Below, piece after piece: positions 38,263 through 48,985 of a stretch of DNA of 64,000 nucleotides. The position numbers and the translations under genes were made by a program. The DNA comes from Bdellovibrionales bacterium (lineage in GTDB: Bacteria; Bdellovibrionota; Bdellovibrionia; Bdellovibrionales; JAMPXM01), in contig SYLX01000231.1 of the NCBI GenBank assembly GCA_005808505.1, positions 260-64,259 of the forward strand, read 5' to 3'. Positions within the stretch are counted from its first letter, which is position 1. Each line of letters begins with the position of its first letter. The notes below the pieces were generated by a model that worked only from the letters and a program-made list of their open reading frames with translations, made no database searches and had not been told where the DNA came from.

Positions 38263-39555
38263 ATGAAAAACAAAATTCTTCAGCAGTTTTCACAAGGAAC
38301 AGCGAAAACCGCACTTGCCGTTTTGGCCATGGGCTTTTTAGCTCATTCAGTCGAAGCGCAGGCGCAAACTCTCGTACGTGGCGAGCAGTCCAGCCGAGAG
38401 TTAAAGCCAATCTTGGCCGACATTGAAATGCTCGAAAAGATCGGCGCCGTGATCGAAGCGCGGCAAGTAGAAACAGGTGTCGGGTTCGCACGGGTCTCGC
38501 CCGCTCAGGAGGCAGAACTCAGTCGCCTTTCGCACGAGAAGGGGCGCTGCGGAGGATTTGAGGCTCTTCCCGACTCGAATCTCGATGCGCGCAGTCCCTT
38601 GCTGACGCACGCCTTCGGTCAACTTGCCGAACAAGAAGCGCGCAATCGTCGGTTCGTTCCTTCGACAGCGCATTTCCGCTCGCTCCGTCAGAATGCGACG
38701 ATCGAGAAAGCGGTTTCGGAAGTTTCGGAAGCTAACCTTCGCGCTACGGTGGAGCTCCTCTCGAACTACGAGTCGCGCGTGCATACGGCTTCGAATCCAA
38801 ACGTTCACGTTGAAGCTTTGAAGACGCGACTAGAAGAAATGCTCAAATCGTCTTCGTTACCTACGCAAATCGATTTGATTTCACACTCATCGACTCGCCA
38901 GAAATCTTTACGCGTTCGTCTCACGGGCTCAAAACGTCCTTCGGAGATCGTGGTCCTTGGTGGGCATCTCGACTCCATCAATCAAAGTTGGTTTGGCGGC
39001 GGTCGCAATGCTCCCGGCGCTGACGACAACGCTTCAGGCTCAGCGAACTTGGTTGAAGCCTTGCGCATTTTACTCACGCAAGCGCAACCCGAACGCACAA
39101 TCGAAATTTTCTGGTATGCGGGTGAAGAAGGCGGGCTCCTTGGTTCAGCGGAAATCGCCCGTTCGTATAAGTCGGAGAACAAAGACGTCATCGCAGCTCT
39201 CCAGCTCGACATGACGCTTTTTCCCGGTGAAGGCGAATTCGTCCTGGGTTCGATGACGGATTTTACAAGCGCTTGGTTCCGTTCCTACTTTGAAACCCTC
39301 AACGGCTATTACATTAAGGCTCGAATCGTCGAAGACAAATGCGGTTACGGCTGCAGCGACCACGCGTCGTGGCACAAGCAAGGTTACCCCGCTCTGATGC
39401 CGTTCGAGGCTACGTTCAACCGGATGAATCACAACATTCACACGGCTAAAGACATCATCGACTCAAACTCAAGCTTCCGCCACTCAGCGATGTTCTCGAA
39501 GATCGCCGTGGCGATTGCGATGGACCTCGGCAATTCGACGCTTCGTCAACCTTAA
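38263..39555 (+). CDS. Secreted leucyl aminopeptidase, peptidase M28 family
   Basis: GGHLDS, PGADDNASG, AGEEGGL, QLDM, CGYGCSDHASW; signal peptide and propeptide. Confidence 0.94.
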   Translation: MKNKILQQFSQGTAKTALAVLAMGFLAHSVEAQAQTLVRGEQSSRELKPILADIEMLEKIGAVIEARQVETGVGFARVSPAQEAELSRLSHEKGRCGGFEALPDSNLDARSPLLTHAFGQLAEQEARNRRFVPSTAHFRSLRQNATIEKAVSEVSEANLRATVELLSNYESRVHTASNPNVHVEALKTRLEEMLKSSSLPTQIDLISHSSTRQKSLRVRLTGSKRPSEIVVLGGHLDSINQSWFGGGRNAPGADDNASGSANLVEALRILLTQAQPERTIEIFWYAGEEGGLLGSAEIARSYKSENKDVIAALQLDMTLFPGEGEFVLGSMTDFTSAWFRSYFETLNGYYIKARIVEDKCGYGCSDHASWHKQGYPALMPFEATFNRMNHNIHTAKDIIDSNSSFRHSAMFSKIAVAIAMDLGNSTLRQP

Positions 39556-39582
39556 GCTCGCGAAAGCTTAAATCGGATCCTT

Positions 39583-39621
39583 AAGCGGTGGCGCCTCATC
39601 GAGAGGACCGCCGCTTTTTTT
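39583..39621 (+). terminator. Rho-independent terminator
   Basis: AAGCGGTGG...CCGCCGCTT stem followed by a T tract, after the aminopeptidase. Confidence 0.8.
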
Positions 39622-39675
39622 ATGCGAATCGAAATAAAATCGGCGCTGCCTAATTCACGCTGCTCGTTCATTTTT

Positions 39676-39695
39676 ATTTAGCTAATTCGCTAAAT
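39676..39695. promoter_or_regulatory. Palindromic operator ATTTAGC-N6-GCTAAAT, copy 1
   Basis: Perfect 7-bp arms, identical to the copy at 39802. Confidence 0.72.
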
Positions 39696-39801
39696 CTGGT
39701 TTTATGATTTTTTTGATCGGTTGATGAACAGCGACGCTCCTCGAACTGTTGAAGGATTCTCAGGACGACGAATCCTGTCGAGCAAAGTGATGAGAAAAGA
39801 C

Positions 39802-39821
39802 ATTTAGCAGCGAGGCTAAAT
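39802..39821. promoter_or_regulatory. Palindromic operator ATTTAGC-N6-GCTAAAT, copy 2
   Basis: Perfect 7-bp arms ending immediately before the ArsR ATG at 39822. Confidence 0.75.
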
Positions 39822-40193
39822 ATGGCAACAGCGGTCATGAAGCCAATTCTAAATTCTTTGTCTGAGCCTTCTGCCAAACCGGCATCAAAATCCGCGAGCA
39901 AGCCAACCAGCAAAACGGAGCAAGAACTCCGCGACTTTGAAGCGGTGTTCGCCGCGTTGTCTCATGCCTCAAGGCGAGTGATTCTCGTCGTTTTGAACTC
40001 GCGTGGAGGAAAGATGACAGCAGGAGAAATTGCCAAAAGCTTCTCCTGCGCGTGGCCGACCACGACAAGGCATCTCAAAGTTCTCGAAGCGGCAGGCCTT
40101 GTTCACGTTTGGCGCGAGGGACGCGAAATTTTTTACGCCCTCGATCGCGAAAGACTTAAAATCATTGAAAATTGGATGAACTGGTTTCGTTGA
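39822..40193 (+). CDS. ArsR/SmtB-family transcriptional regulator
   Basis: VFAALSHASRR.IL, MTAGEIA..F..AWPTTTRHLKVLEAAGLV, REGREIFY.L. Confidence 0.92.
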   Translation: MATAVMKPILNSLSEPSAKPASKSASKPTSKTEQELRDFEAVFAALSHASRRVILVVLNSRGGKMTAGEIAKSFSCAWPTTTRHLKVLEAAGLVHVWREGREIFYALDRERLKIIENWMNWFR

Positions 40194-40197
40194 ATCG

Positions 40198-40524
40198 TTA
40201 GTCTTCGCGTTCTGTCGAGAACAGAAGCGGGTAACCCGCCGTCCGCGCATATTGATTGCACTGACGCGCTTTCGTTTCGGCGATGTCGCGCGTGTACTTC
40301 TCAACAACCCCGATCCCGTAATTGTGCGCAAGGAGCATGATGCGAGTCGCTTCCGTATCGCGCTTGTTGAAGTACTTTTTCAGGACTTCAACAACGAAGC
40401 TTCTAGGCGTTACGGGATCGTTGTGAACAACGACGACGTAAAACGAAGGCGTCTTCGTCGCCTCACGAGTTTTTTCCTTACTGCGATCTTTGATTTCAAA
40501 ATCGAATGAACCTGATCCCGCCAT
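40198..40524 (-). CDS. clpS: ATP-dependent Clp protease adaptor ClpS
   Basis: YVVVVHND..TP..FVVEVL, MLLAH..G, RDIAETK, GYPL. Confidence 0.92.
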   Translation of the reverse strand: MAGSGSFDFEIKDRSKEKTREATKTPSFYVVVVHNDPVTPRSFVVEVLKKYFNKRDTEATRIMLLAHNYGIGVVEKYTRDIAETKARQCNQYARTAGYPLLFSTERED

Positions 40525-40612
40525 GTGACGGATTCTAATCAGATTCGCTCTCTCTCGCCAGCGAGAAAAGATGCTGTTGCGTTCATCTTAAGATAGGCGC
40601 AAATTAGGCCAG

Positions 40613-41791
40613 ATGAGTCGGCACCAAGTCGAAGTTCTCACCTCTTTTTCCCAAATTACAGCTCAAGAGTGGCAAAGCCTTGATCGGGGCGACTTTATTT
40701 TTGCCGATTACGGTTTTCTAACCTCGCTTGAGGATGGAGGAGCGTTAGGACGGAGAACAGGGTGGTACCCACAGATCCTTGTTCTCAAAGAAGACGGCAA
40801 CGTTCGCGCGGCCTGCCCGATTTTTCTTCGCTCCAATAGCTACGGCGAATATATTTTCGACTGGTCATGGGCGAACGCCTCGGAGCAGGCTGGTCACGCC
40901 TACTACCCGAAACTTACCAGCGCCATTCCGTTTACCCCGGCAACCGGCCACAAATTCCTTATCCATCCTGATGAGAACGCTGAGCTAGCACGGGATCTGC
41001 TTACGGAGGCCGCCATTGGACTCGCGAGCCGCACTCATTCAAACTCCGTTCACTTCCTGTTCACGACTCCGGAAGAAAACGCGCAATTAGAAAAGGCCGA
41101 GTTCGTGATCCGTGAGAGCTACCAATTCCATTGGCGAAACCCAGGGTGGCGCGACTTTCAAGATTTTCTCGATGCTTTCAGATCGAAGCGGCGATCCGAG
41201 ATTCGCCGTGAACGCGACGCCGTTCGAAGCCTTCCGCTCAAGATCGAAACCTTGACGGGCTCGGAACTCACGGTGGAACACGCGGGAATCATGCACGCTT
41301 TTTACGTTTCAACCGTAAGGAAGATGGGCGGAATCACTTATCTGACGCGAAGTTTTTTCGAGCAACTCTTTGCGCGGTTGTCCTCTAACATCCTCTTTGT
41401 GGTGGCTTATGAGGGAGAAAAGCCGGTCGCGGGAGCCATCAACTTATTTTCGGGGAAAACACTGTTCGGCAGACACTGGGGCTGTGCGGAGGAGTACCGC
41501 AATCTTCACTTCGAAGTTTGTTATTACCGCGCAATCGATTGGGCGCTCGCCAATGGCGTAACTCTATTTGAAGCCGGCGCGCAAGGTGAGCATAAGTTCA
41601 ATCGCGGCTTTACGCCGAACCTCTGTTACTCGGCCCATCGTCTCTTTCATGAGCCCTTGCATCGAGCCGTTACATCCTTTATTGAAGAAGAAAAGACCGC
41701 CATTCGCGAGCTTTTCGCCGATTACGAAGCGCACGATCCCTTCAAGCGAGAAGTGGTAGCCACCTCGCCGAGGCTAGAAAACGGGCGTTGA
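40613..41791 (+). CDS. FemAB-like GNAT protein (DUF482)
   Basis: SYGEYIFDWSWA, YYPKL..AIPFTPATG, QFHW.N, LHFEVCYY, FEAGAQGEHK. Confidence 0.92.
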   Translation: MSRHQVEVLTSFSQITAQEWQSLDRGDFIFADYGFLTSLEDGGALGRRTGWYPQILVLKEDGNVRAACPIFLRSNSYGEYIFDWSWANASEQAGHAYYPKLTSAIPFTPATGHKFLIHPDENAELARDLLTEAAIGLASRTHSNSVHFLFTTPEENAQLEKAEFVIRESYQFHWRNPGWRDFQDFLDAFRSKRRSEIRRERDAVRSLPLKIETLTGSELTVEHAGIMHAFYVSTVRKMGGITYLTRSFFEQLFARLSSNILFVVAYEGEKPVAGAINLFSGKTLFGRHWGCAEEYRNLHFEVCYYRAIDWALANGVTLFEAGAQGEHKFNRGFTPNLCYSAHRLFHEPLHRAVTSFIEEEKTAIRELFADYEAHDPFKREVVATSPRLENGR

Positions 41792-41823
41792 AAAGATTCA
41801 CTTTCATTCCTCAGAGGATGTCC

Positions 41824-42120
41824 ATGAGCGAGCAGAAACCACCGAATCAACCTTTCGAAGTGATGACCGGCTTTTGGCTCGATCTAAAACCTCACGCCGA
41901 ACGCGATGCTGTTTTCGTAGTCGCTCAAGATCTCGATCTCCTTGACGTTGGAACGACGATCGCAAAAGACGACGTCAAGCAAGTCACCGCGTGGATTCAA
42001 AACGGCGAACTAGCTCGACCGACCAGCGTCGCGATGGAAACCTGGGACACTCAACAAGCTAAAGTCTTTCGGTTTTTGATCGTGCAGCCCTATGTCTTGA
42101 TCCAAGAGGGCGGACACTGA
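41824..42120 (+). CDS. DUF2288-family protein
   Basis: W.DLKPHAERDAVFVV..DLDL, DDVKQV..WI, IVQPYVLIQE. Confidence 0.85.
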   Translation: MSEQKPPNQPFEVMTGFWLDLKPHAERDAVFVVAQDLDLLDVGTTIAKDDVKQVTAWIQNGELARPTSVAMETWDTQQAKVFRFLIVQPYVLIQEGGH

Positions 42121-42217
42121 CGGCAGCTCGGAACGCGATTTCTTCTCAACAACTCGTCTCAAGTTGGCATCCGCGGCACCGATAAATTCTTCACCTCGTC
42201 ACGTGAAGGATCACACG

Positions 42218-42907
42218 ATGCTGGAAAACGGCCGCCCCTCCTCTCCCGCTACTTCTTATTCTTTTGAACAACTTCTCGGATGGTTTGGGCGCTTCACACC
42301 GCAGTTTAAATTCCGATTGCAATCTCTGCGTCGACAGCTCACGGCGGATCAATTCGACAACTTCGTTCGCGAGAGTTTGAGCGTGTTCCGCGCAATGATG
42401 GTGGAGCTAGCGCGTGTTCCCAAAGGGCCCGAACGCGCTCGAAAGGTCTATCAACTGATCGATCAAGAGTTTCGCGCAACTCCACCCACCGGGATCTCGT
42501 GCGCAGCCGGTTGCGGTGCTTGCTGCCGATCTTTTCCTAAACAAATCACCGATGACGAAGCGGATCTTCTCTCATCCCTCGTAAAGAGCGGTGAAGCCGC
42601 GATCGACCGCGAGGAATTAACTCGTCAAGTGGAAGCCCTGAACTCGAATGATCCCGTTCTTCGCAAGTCCGCAGAAGGTGCGCCATGCATCTTCCTAGGA
42701 GCAGACAATAAATGCGGCGTTTATGCAGATCGACCCGGCGTCTGCCGCAAGTACCACGTCACGAGCCCAGCTTCGCAGTGCTCAACCGAAGGCCAAGGCG
42801 TCGTTCCTCGCATCGATCTGATGCCGGAGCTGATCGTAAGCGCGTCGATGAGCCTTCCCGACAACGGAATTGGATTCATGCCTGTGAAGATCAACGAGCG
42901 GCTTTAA
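42218..42907 (+). CDS. YkgJ-family Cys-cluster (Fe-S/Zn) protein
   Basis: CAAGCGACC, CIFL...CGVY..RP.VCR. Confidence 0.88.
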   Translation: MLENGRPSSPATSYSFEQLLGWFGRFTPQFKFRLQSLRRQLTADQFDNFVRESLSVFRAMMVELARVPKGPERARKVYQLIDQEFRATPPTGISCAAGCGACCRSFPKQITDDEADLLSSLVKSGEAAIDREELTRQVEALNSNDPVLRKSAEGAPCIFLGADNKCGVYADRPGVCRKYHVTSPASQCSTEGQGVVPRIDLMPELIVSASMSLPDNGIGFMPVKINERL

Positions 42908-42909
42908 AT

Positions 42910-44109
42910 TCAAGGCTTCTCTTCGTAGCGGCGAAACCAATTCGGTTCGGCAATACCGAGCACGATGAAGATCACCGCACTCCCTACTTTCGGATGCGCT
43001 TCGAGATGCTCGATCGTCATGACTTTGAAGGGAAGCTCGGGCGCTGATTCATGCGCTTCTTCCCCTTCGCCTTTCAGACTCATCCGCGAAACTTCAGCGA
43101 AGATGTCTTTTCCGGGCTTAAACATGCCTTGAAAGTTTGGATCCGCCCACGCGCGACGAAGATAGCTCGGACGACAAGTCGATTCCGTATCTCTGACGAG
43201 CTTATCAAAGCGCGCAAACTCGGCCGGAAAATGCGGTTGCACGATCCGTCTCGCCATCAGGTGTGTCAGAATCGATTCCCCGATTCTCGTGCACAATCCA
43301 ACTTGAAATTTCATGCCCTTTTCAAATGCCGTGTTCGACAAGCGTATGTCGGTAAGCACCTGCTGAGCAAAGAAGTAGCGTTTAGCGGCCTCGCGCGCGG
43401 GCGCAAACGCCGCCGTCGTTCCCGTCGCGATGCCGACGATTCCCTGGATCGCGGTAGCGGTCATCGCGGCTACAAGATTATCCGTCGACATGATCAACCG
43501 CGCGAGTTGCTCAACGTCCCGCACGGCGTTTTTCATGTCATGATCGTCGCGGCCTTTGAGCAACCGGATTTTCGCCCACTGAGTCAGCTGTGAGTAATTG
43601 GGAAGCGGCGACATAACGAGAACGTAGTCTGCATCCGGTCCAAAATGCGGAGGATGAAGGTCGTAGCTCCAGTGATCGAACTCATGAAGCTTCTTCATCC
43701 AATCGATGTCGATCTTTGTTTGCTCCCAATCGATCTTCGCTTTCGAGTACCAATCTGATGTTTTCAGAAGGTCGGTTACTTCGATCGGAAGTGCTAGCTT
43801 GCCGTAACTTTCTTCAGCACCAGACCATCCGACCTGTGCGTTAAGGAAGGGCCCAGCGTCAGCCTTGCCGTGGGAGTTCGCTGAGTAGAGGGAGTTTTTG
43901 GAGAGAAGTTTTTCATCATCTGAAAAAGCAACGAAGTGCTTTTCGAACTCAGGCTCTGGGCTTCGCGCGATGTAGGTCATCATGGCTTGGCGGCCGGGTT
44001 CTTCAAGGATCCATCCCGCGATCTGAAATCGCAGGAACCACATGGCAACCAGGATGAGGCCGCTAAACAAAAAGAGACCAATGAAGATGCGGAAAAGCTT
44101 TTTTTTCAT
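42910..44109 (-). CDS. Membrane-anchored hypothetical protein
   Basis: N-terminal basic stretch plus TM helix; 399-aa ORF. Confidence 0.75.
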   Translation of the reverse strand: MKKKLFRIFIGLFLFSGLILVAMWFLRFQIAGWILEEPGRQAMMTYIARSPEPEFEKHFVAFSDDEKLLSKNSLYSANSHGKADAGPFLNAQVGWSGAEESYGKLALPIEVTDLLKTSDWYSKAKIDWEQTKIDIDWMKKLHEFDHWSYDLHPPHFGPDADYVLVMSPLPNYSQLTQWAKIRLLKGRDDHDMKNAVRDVEQLARLIMSTDNLVAAMTATAIQGIVGIATGTTAAFAPAREAAKRYFFAQQVLTDIRLSNTAFEKGMKFQVGLCTRIGESILTHLMARRIVQPHFPAEFARFDKLVRDTESTCRPSYLRRAWADPNFQGMFKPGKDIFAEVSRMSLKGEGEEAHESAPELPFKVMTIEHLEAHPKVGSAVIFIVLGIAEPNWFRRYEEKP

Positions 44110-44131
44110 TTGCTCTCTAGTCTCGCAAACG

Positions 44132-44156
44132 AAAAGGGCGGGCTCAAGCCCACCCT
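44132..44156 (-). terminator. Probable intrinsic terminator
   Basis: Minus strand AGGGTGGGC-TTGA-GCCCGCCCT followed by TTT, downstream of 44196..44606. Confidence 0.55.
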
Positions 44157-44195
44157 CCCTCGATCACGTCGAAAACTGGACCTCGGAACTCTTTG

Positions 44196-44606
44196 TTAGA
44201 GTTCTTCCGAAATGGTCTTCGTCCATTCCTTTGACCGCTCTTTGACCTTCTTCACGCTGATGTTGAATTTATGGCAAATGGTCAGGATGCCGTTTTCGAA
44301 GGTTGTATCCTTGGGCTCATAGCCTTTGGAGCCATCTACGATCACTTTCTTCAGCTTGCGCTTGAGAGCTGCGCGTCCGATCTCGTCTACGCAAATATTT
44401 TCGAGCGCTTCGACGAGCGGCTGAAAGTAAACGGCTTCGTAGTTTTCAAAGTAGGTTTTTTTATCCTCGACCGTTTCGTCGAGTAGCGTATCCCACTTCA
44501 CCTCGATGTAGACGTCAAAGCCCGCGGCTTTGTCGATCCGCTTTTGCCACTTCTCGAACATTTTTTCTTGGAACTCTTGGCTGATTCGCTTTTGTGCTAA
44601 ACCCAT
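44196..44606 (-). CDS. Conserved-looking hypothetical protein
   Basis: GAAGGAG RBS; 136-aa globular sequence (MGLAQKR...VYFQPL.EAL..IC.DE.GR.AL). Confidence 0.8.
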   Translation of the reverse strand: MGLAQKRISQEFQEKMFEKWQKRIDKAAGFDVYIEVKWDTLLDETVEDKKTYFENYEAVYFQPLVEALENICVDEIGRAALKRKLKKVIVDGSKGYEPKDTTFENGILTICHKFNISVKKVKERSKEWTKTISEEL

Positions 44607-44807
44607 TCTTTCTCCTTCAGATGAGCTGTCACTTGATTGAATCGTCTTTTTTACCCTGAGCCCAGAACAAAGCAGTCGAAATCTCGATCTGATGCTGTCG
44701 AACTTTCTGACGCCTCATTTCAGATGTGAAAGATCGAAGGATGTCCTCAGAACGAGAACTGCTTGTTTGGTTAACCCTGAACTTGACTGCATTTAGGGCG
44801 GCAGTTT

Positions 44808-45575
44808 TTAGAGCCGATTGGCCTTAAGGCGCTTGAGGACTTCTGGATTGCGAAGGTCATTTAAAACATCAAGGCTCGCGAGTTGGCGGTCCGCCCAAAC
44901 CTTTAGTGATCCAACGTGCATCTTTCCTGAGCAGACACGAAAGCGCAGCGCGAGATTCACGTCGTAAAATTCAAGCCACTCGATATGCTCGTCGATCAGA
45001 GTCGCGTAACGTAGGGCCCTTCGCGTTAGCCGGAATGCGCGCAGCTCTTCTATTTGAACTTTTCGACGAAAGAACCAGAAGAACCAAGGCCTCCTTACCA
45101 GGGCACCGTTTACAATCTGAAAGGAAGTGGCGTCGCGAAGAGCAACCATGCCAATGGGGACCAGCACGAAGATAAAGCCTGCGTTGGGCCCGAAAATCTG
45201 TGCGGCATGTAGCATAAAGAACATGAAAAACGAAAAGCTGACGAAGATCAGGAAGACCGCGATCTGTGCTTGCGTCGTGAGCCTAAACGAAGCCTGTTTG
45301 AGACCTTTCCGCGATGGCTGTTCGGACATCTGCGGGAGAAGCGCATCAAGGTCGGCCCGGACGATGTTCTCGGTCTGCCTCGAGAGGCGATAAACTTTTG
45401 CGGCCAAAACTAAAGCACCGAGACCTACGAAACCAAGGATGATCTGTAGAACCAGTTCATCAATGAAAAATGCGAGACTACAGAACGACCACGTCAGGAA
45501 TAAAAGCATTACTAGCTTCCACCGAGCCCGTCGAAAAAAGCGGCGAATGTTCAATTCCCGAGTTCTCACATCCAT
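44808..45575 (-). CDS. Hypothetical membrane protein (about 4 TM)
   Basis: Two pairs of hydrophobic helices. Confidence 0.65.
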   Translation of the reverse strand: MDVRTRELNIRRFFRRARWKLVMLLFLTWSFCSLAFFIDELVLQIILGFVGLGALVLAAKVYRLSRQTENIVRADLDALLPQMSEQPSRKGLKQASFRLTTQAQIAVFLIFVSFSFFMFFMLHAAQIFGPNAGFIFVLVPIGMVALRDATSFQIVNGALVRRPWFFWFFRRKVQIEELRAFRLTRRALRYATLIDEHIEWLEFYDVNLALRFRVCSGKMHVGSLKVWADRQLASLDVLNDLRNPEVLKRLKANRL

Positions 45576-45615
45576 GGCTCAATTATGGCACAGATGCGAA
45601 CACGAAAGAAAGACA

Positions 45616-46317
45616 TCAGCGGTGTTTCGTGACGCCAACCCGTTCACAGTTCCCGTAAACAGGACATGTCGAGCAATGTGGGAGGGTTCCCGTGCAAACG
45701 TGCTTGCCGAAGGGCACGAGAAGCTCGTTGATTTCAACCCAATGCTTTCGCGGAAGTTTTTGCGTTAGCGCATTCAAAGATTTTTCCGGAGTTGAAGCCG
45801 CGACGTAGCCCCACCGATTCGTGATGCGATGGACGTGGATATCGACTCCAATCGCCGGCACGCCGCACGCAATGCCCAATACAAGATTCGCGCATTTCGG
45901 ACCCACACCCGGAAGATCGGTGAGTTCTTCGAAGTTTCGAGGCTCATGCCCCCTCTCTTGAATTGCTTGCGCAATTTTTCGAAGAGTTGAAACCTTCTGA
46001 TGCGCGAACGTACAGGTATGAATGCATCCGTAGATTTCCTCATCGCTTAGCTTCAGAAGCTCTTGCGGAGTTCGCGCGCGCTCGAAAAGCTCGATGGAGG
46101 CCGGCAAGCTTGTTTCATCTAAAGTGCGGATCGAAAGCACGCACGCACAGAGCTGTTCAAAAACGCTATCGTAACCCTGTTCGTGGAGCTCAAAGAGCGT
46201 AGCGCGAGGATAAGGCGCAATCGAGCGACGTATCGCTTGTAACATGCGCGGAATAGGATGCTGAACTTCGGTGGTCGGCGTCTCGGTTCTCACGCAGGCA
46301 AGCTTGCCTAATCGCAC
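45616..46317 (-). CDS. nth: Endonuclease III / HhH-GPD DNA glycosylase, paralogue 1
   Basis: LPGVGPKCA, VDIHVHRI, Cx6Cx2Cx5C [4Fe-4S] motif. Confidence 0.9.
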   Translation of the reverse strand: MRLGKLACVRTETPTTEVQHPIPRMLQAIRRSIAPYPRATLFELHEQGYDSVFEQLCACVLSIRTLDETSLPASIELFERARTPQELLKLSDEEIYGCIHTCTFAHQKVSTLRKIAQAIQERGHEPRNFEELTDLPGVGPKCANLVLGIACGVPAIGVDIHVHRITNRWGYVAASTPEKSLNALTQKLPRKHWVEINELLVPFGKHVCTGTLPHCSTCPVYGNCERVGVTKHR

Positions 46318-46381
46318 TCGACGGAGCCATGAAGGATCCGAGAAGAGGTTGTGGTATTTTATTTACCCAAGCCCACCGGGC

Positions 46382-48985
46382 TTAAATCGCCTCGATCGCC
46401 TCAAGCCTGAGAACGGGCCGCCCATCTGCTGCGCGCGTGGCTTCCACGTCCATCGTGACCACGAGTTGCCAGTCGTTGTGGGCATCAACATCAACAAGCG
46501 TCTGTTCAATACGCCAATTACCATTTTCTTGAGCGCCGTCTTCCTGAATCCGAGTGTTGTGCGCCCGTCGAGCTTCGGTATCCGTGCGAAGTCTTGAATG
46601 CCCGGCTTCTTTGTAAGCTTTGATGACGTCTTCAAGCCGCGCGACTGTCCAAAGGGCTCCCTCACGATCCGTCGGCTCTCCCCCGCCGCGCCAAGCACCA
46701 AGCACGGCGATGGCTTCTTCCAAATCGCCGGTCGCAAAAGCCCGAACGAAGCGGAAGACCTCGTTCATGATGCGAATTCGCATTTGCTTTCGGTCCGCCA
46801 AAGGATCAAGAGGCTTACGTGCAGCCGTAAGTGCCGACTCACCTTGCGAACGCGAGACGTGATTTGGATTGCGGAGACGCTCCCACTCATCGATGAGACT
46901 TGAGTCGATATTTCGCACAATCGAATCAAAGTACTCGGTGATTGCGTCGACTTCATCGGTTTTAGCCGCTGCCGGAACCGTTTGCTCAAGAGCACGATAG
47001 ACATCACTGAGGTATCGCAACAGTAAACCCTCAGCCCGCTGCAGTTCGTACTCTCGCACGTACTCCGCGAAGCTTTGGTAGGTCTCGTACATTTCACGCG
47101 CGATCGACTTCGGGCGGATGTTCTCGCTTCCAACCCAAGGATGTTTATCGGAGAACTCGTTGAACGTTGAGTAGATAAAGTCGCGAAGAGGTTTGGGATG
47201 CTCGCATTTCTCGAGCTCCTCCATTCGTTCTTCGTACTCCATGCCGGCTTCTTTCATCTCCTGCATGCGAATCGTCTTCACTCGATCGAGCTGCTTGCGA
47301 AGAATGAGATCGGGGCTTTCCAGGATAGACTCAACAAGCGTCAACACATCTAGTGCGTACGTTTCGCCAGCCGCATCAAGGAGCGCAAGCGTATCGATCA
47401 AGTAGAGCGAGAGCGATTGATTGAGCGAGAAGTCGTCCTGCAGGTCGACGTTCACGCGAACCTTTTTCTGCCCGCGCCGCGCTCCTGGAATCAATTCGAC
47501 AAGTTTTCGATCGAGAAGAGACCGGAAGAGCGTAAAAGCCAATTTCCGATGTTTCTTCTTATTGGGTTCTGATTCGTGCGATTTGCGGATCAATTCTCGA
47601 GTCGCCAGGCAACCATCCTCAGTTTCGCGCGAAAGCAGATTCAAGAGCATGCCGTGCGAGACGCTGAATCGCGACTGCAAGGATTCGGGTTTTCCGTTCA
47701 CCAAACGATTGAAGGTGCCTTCATCCCAATTGACGAACCCACGTTCGGGAGGCTTCGCCTTTACGATCTTCTTCGCTTTCTTTGGATCCGCCTTCGCTTT
47801 CGCTTCAAGCTTTTTATTCTCGATCACGTGTTCGGGCGCTTGAACAGCCACCCGACCTTCGTTATCGAAGCCTTTTCGGCCCGCGCGTCCCGCGATTTGG
47901 TGGAAGTCGCGTGTGCTCAAGATCCCCGTCTTTTCACCGTCGTACTTACAGAGCTTCGTAAAAAGAACCGTGCGAATCGGAATATTCACGCCGACTCCCA
48001 GGGTATCCGTTCCGCAGATCACTTTGAGGAGACCGGTTTGCGCTAGTTTCTCTACGAGCACTCGGTATTTCGGCAAGAGTCCGGCGTGATGTAATCCAAC
48101 CCCGTGCTTCAAGAACTTTTGAATTTCTTTTCCGTAGGGCGAGGAGAAGTCGACACCATAGATCGCATCTGCAATTGCCTTCTTCTGCTCTTTCGTACTG
48201 AAGTCGACGCTCATCAAATTCTGCGCTTCTTCAGCAGCTTCTCGCTGCGTGAAGCACACAAGGTACACGGGCGCTGAGCCATGATCGATCAACTCTTTGA
48301 TCGTTTCGTGCAGCGGAGTTTCGCGGTACTCGTGGCGCAGAGGCACGGGGCGCTCGACGCGCGAAACGATCGTCGTCTCGCGCCCGTTGAGCGCCGTAAG
48401 TTCTTGCTGGAAAAAGTCCATCTCCCCGAGCGTTGCCGACATCAAGAGAAAACGCGTGCGCGGGAGGGCCAAGAGCGGAACTTGCCACGCAACTCCGCGT
48501 TCACGATCCGAGTAATAGTGGAACTCGTCCATGATGACGTCATCCACCTTCGCATTTTCGCCTTCACGATAAGCCATATTGGCGAGAATTTCGGCCGTAC
48601 AGCAGAGAATCGGCGCATCGCGATTGACGCTGCCGTCTCCCGTCGACATTCCAACTTGGTCTGGACCGAATTCTTTCGAGAGCGCGAGGAATTTCTCGTT
48701 CACAAGAGCTTTGATAGGACACGTGTAAATCGAACGCTTCCCCATCGCGAGGGAGTGAAAATGCAATGCCATCGCCACTAGGCTTTTACCGGAGCCGGTC
48801 GGCGTATTCAGAATGACGTTGTGGCCTTCGAAGAGTGCGAGAATGGCCTCTTCCTGTGCGGGATAAAGTTCAAGACCCTTTTCAGACGCGAACTCCAAGA
48901 ATCGATCGAGCACGAGTTCGTTGGTCAGCTCCTCAAATTTCGGGAGACGATGAAACAGCGGAAAGTTGTTTTTTGAACCACTCAT
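46382..48985 (-). CDS. Ski2/HelY-like DEAD/DEAH-box helicase (DUF3516 type)
   Basis: [30 protein letters not shown]. Confidence 0.93.
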   Translation of the reverse strand: MSGSKNNFPLFHRLPKFEELTNELVLDRFLEFASEKGLELYPAQEEAILALFEGHNVILNTPTGSGKSLVAMALHFHSLAMGKRSIYTCPIKALVNEKFLALSKEFGPDQVGMSTGDGSVNRDAPILCCTAEILANMAYREGENAKVDDVIMDEFHYYSDRERGVAWQVPLLALPRTRFLLMSATLGEMDFFQQELTALNGRETTIVSRVERPVPLRHEYRETPLHETIKELIDHGSAPVYLVCFTQREAAEEAQNLMSVDFSTKEQKKAIADAIYGVDFSSPYGKEIQKFLKHGVGLHHAGLLPKYRVLVEKLAQTGLLKVICGTDTLGVGVNIPIRTVLFTKLCKYDGEKTGILSTRDFHQIAGRAGRKGFDNEGRVAVQAPEHVIENKKLEAKAKADPKKAKKIVKAKPPERGFVNWDEGTFNRLVNGKPESLQSRFSVSHGMLLNLLSRETEDGCLATRELIRKSHESEPNKKKHRKLAFTLFRSLLDRKLVELIPGARRGQKKVRVNVDLQDDFSLNQSLSLYLIDTLALLDAAGETYALDVLTLVESILESPDLILRKQLDRVKTIRMQEMKEAGMEYEERMEELEKCEHPKPLRDFIYSTFNEFSDKHPWVGSENIRPKSIAREMYETYQSFAEYVREYELQRAEGLLLRYLSDVYRALEQTVPAAAKTDEVDAITEYFDSIVRNIDSSLIDEWERLRNPNHVSRSQGESALTAARKPLDPLADRKQMRIRIMNEVFRFVRAFATGDLEEAIAVLGAWRGGGEPTDREGALWTVARLEDVIKAYKEAGHSRLRTDTEARRAHNTRIQEDGAQENGNWRIEQTLVDVDAHNDWQLVVTMDVEATRAADGRPVLRLEAIEAI

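Noticed and set aside
39674-39913. 79-aa minus-strand ORF
   Set aside because: Overlaps the ArsR start and both operators; no evident RBS or motif.
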